NCBI GenBank assembly: GCA_000934665.2
Contig: JYFJ02000417.1
Coordinates: forward strand, 62,001 to 126,000
Origin: Catajapyx aquilonaris
Lineage: Eukaryota
Reading direction: 5' to 3'
Length of the DNA: 64,000 bases
Below are positions 25,001-37,000 of the stretch, in pieces (within the stretch, counting starts at the first letter, position 1; each line of letters opens with the position of its first letter). The notes below the pieces were generated by a model that saw only the letters and a list, made by a program, of their open reading frames with translations, did no database searches and had not been told where the DNA came from. A program made the translations under genes and the position numbers.

Positions 25001-28000
25001 TATTTTGAACCTTACTCACTTAATGTTTAGTCGAGGAAATGAGTAAGGTAGCAGACCTGAAGCTCAAAATCGCCTCAACAAAGAAGAGTCTCTCTTAGAG
25101 GCTATTTTGAGCTTCAGGTCTGCTACCTTACTCATTTCCTCGACGAAACATTGAGTAAGGTAGCAGACCTGAAGCTTTTATTTATTTATTTATTTATTTT
25201 ATTTTAAAATTTTTATTGTTATTTAGAAATAAACAAAAAATAAATAAAAGCTTCAGGTCTGCTACCTTACGCAATGTTTCGTCGGGGAAATGAGTAAGGT
25301 AGCAGACCTGAAGCTCAAATTAGCTTACTTGAGAGAGAGGTATGACCACCTTCATTTGATCAAGAGGAGGTGGTCATCATGGAGGCTAATTTGAGCTTCA
25401 GGTCTGCTACCTTACTCCTGGAAGTGACTGTACATATTGTAAATTGAATTGAGGCTAATCCTGTGTTCACGTTTCGTATAGTCTCCCGAGCTATATTTGC
25501 ACTCTTTGCATTGTATATGATGTGTAAACAGACGCTTTCTCGAATCCGATGCTTTGAGCATCAACAAATGTTTCCGGAATAAAAAAAAAGTAAGAGGAAA
25601 ATTCAATTTCGCACGTGCGCTGGATCAGGAAAAAAAAAAAAAAAGCGGTACTATTATTGCACAGAGTCATGATCATAAAAATGTTCATAATTGCCCTCTG
25701 CCAAGACTGGTCCTCAGCAGACACTGTTGGGGGGGTTATGAAGATGAAAAAAGAAATAGCACGATGTGCCCGTTAGCAATGGGCAATGCCCCCGGCTCGG
25801 CGGCTGTCCATCTCCAAGCAACCACCTCATCATCATCTTCTGATGAGAGGAAGAGACGAGTTGAAGAACCTGACATTTCACCGCCGCAAAATTTTTCATT
25901 ACGGAATTTTCTCTCTCAAGAATTATTCGAAAATTGAGGCATAATCAATAGGGAAGCTGACAAAAGGGACTTAAATTATCAGGCTTTTGGCACGAAACTA
26001 GTAGCTCGTGTTATGGAAAAGAAACAGAAAAATGTGGTCACGCACTACTGCCTACCGCAATATCCGCGGAAAAATTTTTTTGGGCGAATTTTTTTTGAAA
26101 GTTTGCATGATCGCAGAAAAAGAAGATCGTGGAAGTAACAAGCTTCTGATTTGTGTGCCGGAAATTGCATCAATTCGCTAAAATTCGCAGAGGAAATTTT
26201 CGGTATATGTGAAACCAGTGTGACTGATTACTCGAAATGCACCGAGGTCTTGCGAAAATTTAAAAAAACAAAAATCCGCTGCACCCACCTGCCTTTGGGT
26301 GTGTGTATAATCCATGGAAAGGGTTATCTTGGTGCCAAGTATTAACTTGGTTGCGAAACCGTCTCCAATTTTGCAAGTTATCGGAGCGGATAAGTAGATG
26401 GTGCACTAGAGGGGGTTTTTACAAAGTACTTTCAGTCCTTACCTGCCGATAATACGAGGGGAGAAATCGTGATGTTTATGACAATTTGTAAACAAGGTTG
26501 TAATTTCACTTTCGGTTTTTTTTTCGTATCTGATACTTTATCTTTTTTTTGCGAATTTATGTGCATTGTCGGAACTTGCACTTTTGATATCAGTTTACAG
26601 TCACATTGTTGAAAGTAATTTTTGCGACCTCCAAGTTGAACCTTCAACTTCCGAAAAAAAAAATTTCCTTTTTGCCAAATTTCAAAAGACGTCTTGCGAA
26701 TCTTCCGGATTCCCCTTTTCGTATAGCCGATTTTTCTTCCTGTACGTGCCGCGATTTTCTAATTCCTTGTTGGTGTATAATCGAGAGTGTTAATCAAAGC
26801 TCACAACCAAGCGGAAAAACTGTACATGACTACTGCACACAAGCAACGGTAAATTTTGCGATTCATATATTTTTTTTTGCACATTTCGACGCATTGGTGC
26901 GGAAATCCATTTGTCACAATTTTTTTGAAGGATCCTTCTATAGGTATAATAAACTAATATATATAAAAAATTGTAACGGAAGTTGGGCTGGTTAGAGAAA
27001 ATGGGCAAAAATCTTGGAATTCGCCTGGCCCCGTTATTCGCAATGCGAAAAAATGGGCTTGTAAAGCCTTTGCTTTACATCTCGCGCAACGTGCTACATC
27101 AGATTTTTCCTTTTGTTGGCCAAAATGTTCGAGGCTGCAGCCATTTTGCAAAAAATTTGTGCCAGGTTTGGTACAGGCTAACAAAAGTGTACTGCAAATA
27201 ATGACCTTGCTCTCAGGTTAGCTCCATTACTAACAAATAAGTGTGAAACAACCATAAATTTTTGCAAATTATACGTTTTCAGCCCCCGGAAGTTTTACGG
27301 TGCTAAAATTATTGTTTTGCGTGTAAACCGGGCCCATATCGCGAAAGTTATGTTTTTGCCAACGTCAATTTTGTCACACCTTTTTAGCATGCAAAAACTG
27401 CACGTTTACCGTTTTGGGTCTAAATTGCAAACGGAGACGGTCTGCCCTTGCATTTAAAATGCGAAATTCGCTAATTTTTTTAGCCATCCAGTTATGATGA
27501 TTTTCTAATAACGGTGTGATGTTGAACGTGATATAAAAATTTCGCGTGCATTACCGCAGCACAATTCATCGGTGAATACTGTGCGAAATTATATCATTTG
27601 GCAAGCGTAAATTTCGCGATGTCGATATACATCTAATATGGTACAAATCTGCCAAATTTCTCCGGAAATATGGCCTAGTGCATAAATTTCTCGATGTCGA
27701 TAATATGGTGCAAAAAAAAATCGCAGTTTCTCCGGAAATATCCGCACAGTTTGGGCATATCTTCCTCGACAATGACCATGAAATTGCGACACTAATCCTG
27801 ACCTGGACCTACCCCATGTGGAAGAAGGAAGTGTCTGCTCTTCCTTATAAAAATTTGCAAAGGAATATAAAAAAATTGCAAAATATCCTCCCCCCTCCGA
27901 TAGCTCCCGGAGAAATCCACTGTACAATACAGAATTTTTAGCGTGAAATTTGCGAAGGAAGTCTCGTAATCTGTACGTGACAACTTTTGAAAATTCAGCA

Positions 28001-31000
28001 TCGACTGGTTTTAAATAAATGGAACCAGACCACGAGTGTACTCCACCTCCAGGAAGTACATATCGGAATTTTGCACATATTTTTTTTTGGGAGAGATTTT
28101 GTAGTGTACTTACCCATTCCTAAGTGAATGTCTGGCGAGTCGTGCGAGCCTAAGGGACGATGTGGTGTATGTTGATGAGGACGATGAGGACGATGAGGAT
28201 GACTTGGAGGATGCTGCGAGGCACGTCGGAATGGCCAAGAGGAAGATGAGGAGTATGGACCAGATGGTGCTGGTCCACTGAGGCCTCCTCGACCTCATGC
28301 TGCTTCCTCCTGCCCCACTGGTCACCACCGACAACTGCTCACGATCACTGTAGTTCATCGACAAACTGCTTGGTGTTGTCCTTTGGGCTTTTTTTTCTGC
28401 GAAGACAATTTGGGAACCGCCACTGGCACTCACTGCTGCTGCTGGACTGTTGGCTGCCGAATCGCCCGCCTCTCTTAGGAAAGAGAGAGACTTGCTGTGA
28501 AGCCTAACTCTCAGGAGCAGAAATCCCAAGTGGGTCACTTAAGAGCAGCACACATGCAGAGGGGGGTGCTGCTTTGGGTAGGCGAAAGTGTACGTGCTGC
28601 CTGCAAGTTACCCCCACCAAAGCCTGGCTGGCCAACCCGCCTCTTTTATTTCGCCCATTTTCTCTCTCGGCACTTTGCTTTCTCTGCACACATTTGGGGG
28701 CAACAGGGTGTTCAGACTACTCTAATAGTCTGCTGGTTCAAGTGATTCGCTACACACGGGCTCAGAGAAGAACGAGTCGGCCTCGGATCGGTCAAGGTCC
28801 GATAAAGGCACCCGAAATGTGCTGGGTAATAAATAAAATAAATACAATCGCAGTGAGAAACTACAAACAAATACATATACATAAACAAATAAATAAATGA
28901 TAATTTCGTAGTGAGAAATTGTGCCCGACCCGGGGATCGAACTCAGGACCTCTGAATTGGAAGGATGTGGCGATAACCACTACCCCACCGCCTGCAGTGG
29001 CAGAATCCATGGTATTAAAATCGTATAGTGGGCGTGTTTTGGTCATGCCTTCTGATTGGTCCCACTCATATTGTCACTGCGACGTTTGCGATTGGCCCCC
29101 GTCCCGCGCATGCGCAATGGGGTGGAGACAACGCCTCTTGGTGTGTGGGAGGGGGAACTATCAATTCATTCGCTAACAGCTTCAAGTGAGCGAAGCGAGT
29201 GGCTTTCTATAAGCTTGATGTTCATCCCTATAGAAAATGTGAGCGAAGCGAGTAGCTTTTTTAAGCTTGATGTCATCTAGAAAAATGTGAGCGAAGCGAG
29301 TGGCTTTTTAAGCTTCATGTTCCCTATAGAAAAATAGGTTTTTCTATGGCAAATAAATTTAAATGGCATTCATAAGTGCATGGCGAAAACAAAGCCCTGA
29401 TTTGCAGGGCTGTCATGCCGCGTCTGGCACGATCCAGAAGCCGGCTTGTAACCTGCGTGAGGTCAGCGCTTGTGACTTGACCTGCCCTAAGCGGTGCGGT
29501 TTTATTCCCATAATTCGCGGCCGCACGACAGCATCCTGCCCTGCTGGTCGTAAGATTTCTGCAATAATTTTGTGACCTTTGCTGACATTACAATTCGCCA
29601 AACGACCACATCAAAGCCCACACACACACACACGTATACTGTACGTGTATGTAATAAGTGTGGCAACCATGGCTTTCTGCACACAAGTCATGCGCGGATT
29701 GTTAATTACCCTTCGCTCGTATTTCTGGATCTCTCTCCTATACGAACAGGTGTCTCTCTTCTGATAACTGTTGTGACTTGCAGACAGTTAAGAATGTCGT
29801 AACTTTGGGAAAACCTTACATTTTCATCGAAAGTGCTTCTACAGTGCTATACAGGGTGGCCACAAAAAGTGCGAAATTCCATGCAGATTTCAGGTTAAAT
29901 GCGAATTTCTCATCCGAAATTGCCTCTGTAGTTACATTTGGCAGTTTCTACTTAATAATTATGGAGATGTTTTGGCAATCAGGCTTATCATGCGTGTCAG
30001 GCTGCTAACGTGCAGGTTGATTCCATTGCGAGTAGCGGTTTAACAAGCTATTATCTTCACAATTAAATAGTTATGAGAACAAACGAGCAGTTTGATGCAC
30101 TTGCGGGAATTCCCCGTTAGCTGCCATCATAGAGAAAGCGCGGCTATATTATAATTACGTGATGTGTGTTATCTCTGTCCTTTCAGGTGCTGCTTCTTCT
30201 GGTGTCCCGAATGACTCGCGTCCGTCCACAACTGATGCTGCTTCTTCCAGAGATGAAAGAGACGACCGCTCCTCACGTGGAAGCCACCCAACATTTAAAG
30301 GTCAGCATTGAGTCGTATATTATTTTGTGCAGCAGCAGCCGGTTTTCTTGTTTGTCAGTCGTACACCTTCCTCGTCATCTTCTTCATAAACCCCCTGAGC
30401 CATCATTTGATGAGAGATCCGTTGCTGATTAATGGTCGGAGTCATTCAAAATATATTGGCCCTATTCGTTGGGTGGGTGGGCACCATGTTCCGCTTCCGC
30501 CATCTCCACATCAGCCAACCAGAAGTGAGCTTGAAGACTTCTTGGCGGCGGTGGTGGTGGTGGTGGTGGTGGTGGTGGTTGTTGTTTGACCCCCACTCCA
30601 CCCAACATTACAACTGGCCAACCCCCCGGCAGCATGAAAAGAAGTCGGCCTGGTCTGGTTGCGCCCAAAAGGAAGCCAGAAAGTGGATCGACATCCTCAC
30701 ACTGCTAACCTAACAAGCAGCTCAAACCAACTGATTGAAAACAAGCAGCTGAAACTATAACTGGTCGAAACAAGCAGCTTAAACTAACCAGTTTAAAGAA
30801 GCAGGTTAAACTAACTGGTCGAAACAAGCAGCTTGAACTAAACAGTTTAAAGAAGCAGCTTAAACTATAACCAGTTTAAAGAAGCAGCTTGAACTATAAC
30901 TGGCCGCAACAAGCAGCTTGAACTAACCTATTTAAAGAAGCAGCTTGAACTATAACTGGTCGAAACAAGCAGCTTGAACTAGCCTATTTAAAGAAGCATC

Positions 31001-34000
31001 TGAAACTAACTGGTCGAAACAAGCAGCTTAATCTAACCTATTTAAAGAAGCAGCTTAAACTATAACTGGTCGAAACAAGCAGCTTAATCTAACCTATTTA
31101 AAGAAGCAGCTTAAACTAACTGGTCGAAACAAGCAGCTTGAACTAACCTATTAAAAGAAGCAGCTTAAACTAACTGGTCGAAACAAGCAGCTTAAACTAA
31201 CCAGCTTAAAGAAGCAGCTTAAACTAACCAGCTTAAAGAAGCAACTTACACTAACCAGTTCAAAGAAGCAGCTTAAACTAACCAGTTCAAAGAAGCAGCT
31301 TACACTATTTTTTAAACAAGCAGCTTACACTAATATCTTAAAGAAGCAGCTTAAGCTGATTAAAACAAGGAGCTTAAGCTACAAGGTACTTGGAATAGCT
31401 TAAACTAACTTGTTAAGAGTGGCTGCTTAAAACTAACTGGTTAAAACACAGAAGAAGCATAAACTGCTTAAAAGAAGAAGCATAAACTGATTAAAACAAG
31501 GATCTTAAACTAACTGGTTAAAACTAGCAGCTTAAAATAACTGGTCACAATAAGCAGCGCAAACAAACTGGTTAAAACTAACTGCTTAAAGTAACTGATT
31601 AAAACGAACAGATTTAACTGGTTAAAACATGCCCCTTGGCTAATTGAAGTGGACAGATTGCCCGTTTAAAAAAAAAAATGCGTGATGATATGGAATCAAG
31701 CGTGATCTTATGCGTGATGTGGAGTCACGCGTGATTTTATGCGTGAAGAGGCTGATCATATGATTGTGTGATCGTTGTGTGTGGGCATGTTTGTGCCAGG
31801 TGTGTGGAGCATGTGAGTGTGAGAAAGAGTTGTTGCTGTTGTTGTGTGTGTCCTTATATGCTTTGGGAGCAAGTACCCCCGGTCTGCTCGGAACCAAATG
31901 AAAGTTTGAGCCAGTCCTTCTTCCGGGAAGCCACCGCGAGAGATATCATTACGTGTGGCTGTTGGATCGGGCCTTGTCTCTACACTCTCTAGACCTCGAC
32001 TCTACAGAAGACACTCCCCCAACCACCACCACCCAAATCCACACCCACACTCTCTCAACCAGATCTTGTGAATGAAGCCGTCTTACTTTCGGCTCTTGTA
32101 GTCTGACCGGAATACACAAGCAGTCTTGTATACTGCTGCTAAGTAGTTTCGACAACGGGCCGAAATGACGGTTTAATTCGGCCTAAATATTATATAGGTG
32201 GATTTCTTTTTACGAGCGCAACCGAGTGCGCACCACAGTTCACGCATCTTGCAGGGTTGGAATTATCATCAATGATACCCGTCAAACGTGGTGCGTTAGT
32301 TTTTTTTTTTTTAAATCATCTTATAGCACCTAATATTTGTGCTAATCACTGACAGCAGCTGTTGAAAAACAAGCCGCTAAGTTCATTTGAACGTCTTACA
32401 GATAGAAGAGAAAACGAGTTATTTTTTCCAGTCAGAAATTATTACTTTCGATCAATCGGATTAATCTGCCATATAGGTAATGATAAGGAAAATATTGCAC
32501 AGTAATTCAGGTCATACCCGTACTTTATTCTTGGAATTTGACGTAATGTATTCGCACCATGCGCGTTACAAATTTATAAGCACCATTTTTTTTCACAGCC
32601 TGATTTTTTTTTTAAAAAAAAGGCCCGGGGTCATATAGTGTGTGACCGATGACCTTATCAGCCGAATGGGCATCTACTGGTAGTTAACCGGTGCTTTAAA
32701 CTTGATCTGGCGTGAAATCAACCGTGTCTCTTCCACAGCTCGCTCGTTAAGTGACGTCACAAACGAAATTCGATCGTGTCACTCACCGTGACACCCGAAT
32801 CTGAAAATAATAGACCCGGAAGTGATTAACTACAAGTTGGGTACAGCAACATGTACTCTACAATATGACATAACACCCTGAATATTATTCCATGGACGTG
32901 AATTAGCCACCTTTATCTTATACCCAGGGAGCATATACTACATAAGAGGCGCGTCTCTCTGTTTGGGGCCGTTGACAAGGCTGGCGGCCATTTCGGAGTG
33001 TGGGCAACGCCAAGGAGGTATACTATACATAGGGTACAGGCAAAATTAGGGTCCGCCATCTTTGATGGTTTTGGCGGCCATGGCAAGAACACGCGCGAAT
33101 CAAAGATGGCGGATCCTATTTTTTTTGCCTGCACTCTATTTATACCTCGTTGGCATTCCCCACACTTCAAAATGGCCGCCAGCCTTGACAACGCCCCAAA
33201 CAGAGAGACGCGGAAATCGAGTATTTGCGCCTCTTATGTAGTGTATGCTCCCTGCTTATACCTTTACCTTTTGCATCACCTTTTATTGGTCACCTTTCAA
33301 CAGGGAAGTGATGCTGCTGTGATGACCGATACATCAGATTGGCCAACATCACAAGAGCCGACGACATTTTTAATAGCATAATTTTAAAACCATTAAAAAT
33401 CGAGAAATCGGCCCCGTTGCGGAATTTAAACAAAAAAAAATCCGGACAGGTCGGGGGATAGTGTTGACCTGGTGACCTCCGGTGACCCCCCCCTGGTCCA
33501 AACTGTATTATTGATGGACCTATAAGGACCTATCCGACCGGTACACAGGCGCCTGCTTTCCTCCCAAACACTTCTGAAATATTTGGGTCAAATTAGTTGC
33601 ACTAATGACTGATAAGTCAGCAGGCTTGCGGAGAAACTTGGCAACGATGCTGGATTAAAATCCTGGGAGCACATATTTGAGGGGGACAATTTTATTGCCA
33701 TTTAATGACATTTTTTTTTGCGCAAGAAAGGTGGTATATGGACTTGTGTCCTGTCGATTGGACTCGGCCTCTTTGTGACAAGGCAAACGAGCAGGTCTTT
33801 TGTCACGATTGCGTAATCTGGTTGACCGCAAGTCTCGCAAAAAAAAAGAAGAAGAAAATTCGCAATGTCAGTGGGAATATCTCCCACGCTTCTTTACGGA
33901 CTTGATTTTACACGGAGTTGTAGCTATGACACTTTTTTATATAAAAAAACAAACCGACGTCTCCGAAAAATTCTTTTGTACATTTCACCTGCCAACTATC

Positions 34001-37000
34001 GCAAAAAAATTATTGCACAAAAATTGCAATATTTGTGATCACGTTCGGTTGCGAATTCTTTTGGCGATAACATTATTATTTAGTTTTGATTCAGTATTTG
34101 GAGCTGAGTTCCGAACCGTGCAAATTTTTTTAAAAATGGTTTTAATTTAATTGACACTTGCTGCGTGAAGAAAATTGCACTGAAGCATTTAAGCATGATT
34201 CGCAGGGGGGAAAAAGAGTGAGAGAATAAAAATTACTTCCGGAAATTTGCGCTTGAGCAATTGAACGAGTCCATCAGATAAATTATCCATCCGATATAAG
34301 TACTTTTTTTTAAAGTTTGTGCAAAACAGCAGGAAATATTATATTGGCGGAATAAAAAAATTTGCGAAGTGGAACAGGAAGAGGGTAAACCCACTTTCGA
34401 CTTATTCAGTATGTCATAGCCGATCCAGTGTAGGCTCTCTCTCTCTCTCTCGCCAATTTTTTTAAAATATTAATTCGCAATATGATCACATATCGTTTAA
34501 CATATACACGTGATGGGCTTGGTCGTGTAAAGGAAGGAATAAAAAAAAATGGCGTGCAATTTTGCACTGTGGACATTTCAAGGACAGGTTATTGTACAGC
34601 GGCTAATTAACGGTGTAGGAGTTCATGTACGGCGTGTAGTCTGATATAGTAGGTGCCAAAAAAAATGTGGCGAATTCCAGTTTTTTCGCAACTAAACATG
34701 CGAAACCTTGCTTCATGCAAAAATTCACTAAATACTTACCATGTGTAATTTGTGCACAAGTTGTTTTTTTACATGCGTCAAAATATTGCTGATTGCAAAT
34801 TCTGTATGTGTAGTACGACACATACAAAAATTTGCGCTGTCATTCAGCAATATTTTGGCACCATGTAAAAATGTGTGCAAATTTGTTTTAAATTTAAACA
34901 CACGACCCAGCGTTACTGCCTGCTAAAAATTCGGCCATATATTTATCCGTAGAATTTGCAATCTTATTCGCGAGTGCCTCAGAAATGATTTTTTTAAAAA
35001 TATATTTAATATTAATGCACGGTATCCACACTTTCACTCATAAATGTATGACTTGAAGTCTAAAGTTTCAATTGCTCTCATTTTTGGAATTATTATTGTT
35101 TCAGTATGTGTTGTGAATAATTGTACTTTAATAACTTTTATTATTTCCGAAGCAGATGATGCTCCAAAGGATGATGTCGTTTGGAGGAAAGCGACTCCTC
35201 GTCGTCCCCGTCAGCCGAAGAAGGAGGTCCATCATCCCGCGATGGTACGGAAGGTGTGTGCACATGTGGGACACGGACCCCAGTCGTACCCTGGGTTCAG
35301 AAACGTGCACGACCTGCACCGTGCAGATCCTCCTCCGAAGAAAGTGCAAAGCAAGACAGACATGCCTCGCAAGGTCGCCTCTTCTACGTCCACAGGTATA
35401 ACAAACCGCTACCTTTTTTTCTATATTTATATTTATAAATTGTTTTGTGCACGACTTTTTTTTTTGTGTGTGTGTATGTCATACGGTCAGTTAAAAATAA
35501 AAAGGTGGTCGAGGCACCCACGTGTGGTCATCCAGTTCTGACTTGACAGCTTAACGGTGGATTCTCCCTCATTGTTTATCGGGCCTGATGATAATAGAGG
35601 TGGAAATTGGTCAGAAAACACTCCGGAATTTATTAATAAGCATTGCGGCTGAGTATTAAGCGTCAACATATTTTTTGATCGTTGGCCATCATGTAAACAT
35701 ATTTTGACCATGTTCAGGCCTCGGGATTTTCATAAGCTATATATTAAATAGGTCAGGTAATTGTTCTATAGGCTAGAGAAAACAATCTGACGTCATCGTT
35801 TCTCTTCCATTGTTGCCTTTTTGTTGACACTGTCTGCTCATCATATTGTTCAGTGAGGGTGTTTCCGCGGAAACCTTGATGACGTCAGGTCGTTCTCTCA
35901 TTCTCCGTACATTAGTCAAGTCAAGTCAAGGTTAGTCTAGATTTAGTCAAGTTTAGGTTAGTCGAGGTTAGTCAAGGTTACTCGAGGGTAGTCTAGTCAA
36001 GGTTAGTCGAAGTTTAGTCTACTGTGGGTTAGTCTAGATCAGTCCAGTCTAGTTGGGGTTAGTCGAGTCTAGTGTGGGTTAGTCTGGGTCAGTCTAGGTT
36101 TAGTCTAGTGTGGGTTAGTTCAGTCTAGGTCAGTTCAGTCTAGTTGGGGTTAGTCTGGGTTAGTCGAGTCTAGTGTGGGTTAGTCTAGATCAGTCCAGTC
36201 TAGTTGGGGTTAGTCTGGGTTAGTCGAGTCTAGTGTGGGTTAGTCTGGGTTAGTCGAGTCTAGCGTGGGTTAGTCTGGGTCAGTCTAGGTTTAGTCTAGT
36301 GTGGGTTAGTCCAGTCTAGTGTGGGTTAGTCCAGTCCAGTGTGGGTTAGTCTAGTCTAGTGTGGGTTAGTCTGGTGTGGGTTAGTCCAGTCTAGGTCAGT
36401 TCAGTCTATAGTTGGGGTTAGTCGAGTCTAGTGTGGGTTAGTCTGGGTCAGTCTAGGTTTAGTCTAGTGTGGGTTTGTCTAGTGTGGGTTAGTCCAGTCT
36501 AGGTCAGTTCAGTCTAGTTGGGGTTAGTCTGGGTTAGTCGAGTCTAGTTTGGGTTAGTCTAGGTTAGTCAAGTCTAGTGTGGGTTAGTCTGGGTTAGTCG
36601 AGTCTAGTGTCGGTTATTAGTCTAGGTTTAGTCGAGGTTAGTCGAGTCTCGTCTATGCTAGTCTGCATTAATCTAGGATTAGTCTAGTCTGTATTAATCT
36701 AGGTATAGTCTAGTTCAGATTAGTGCAGGTTAGGTTAGCGCAAATTCGCGTAGATGTCTGGTTATTTCTGCTTTTTTTCGATTGGAGGTCGGCACAGGAG
36801 TGTCCTCAACCAAGGCCTCCAGACGATGGTTTTCCTTGGTCTCTTCCAGTCCAAATATTCAATCTAAATTTTCCTGTTCCCTCACTTGCAGAAAATAGCA
36901 GTGAATCCATCGGAGTAACGGTCCAGAGTGTTGACTTCTTATCTGGATATATCACCTCTCGAGGTCACATCAAAAGAAACCTGTTGGAGGGGGGGGCAAT

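Noticed and set aside
24285..25432. CRISPR-like repeat-spacer appearance
   Set aside because: Repeats alternate in orientation, spacers are reused rather than unique, there are no cas genes, and the context is a eukaryotic intron.
28921..28995. Functional tRNA-Gly gene
   Set aside because: The acceptor and anticodon stems are disrupted. Treated as a relic.
35912..36738. Interstitial telomeric (TTAGG)n
   Set aside because: GGTTAG occurs often but is embedded in TAGTC/GTGTG pentamers, with no true TTAGG tandem run.
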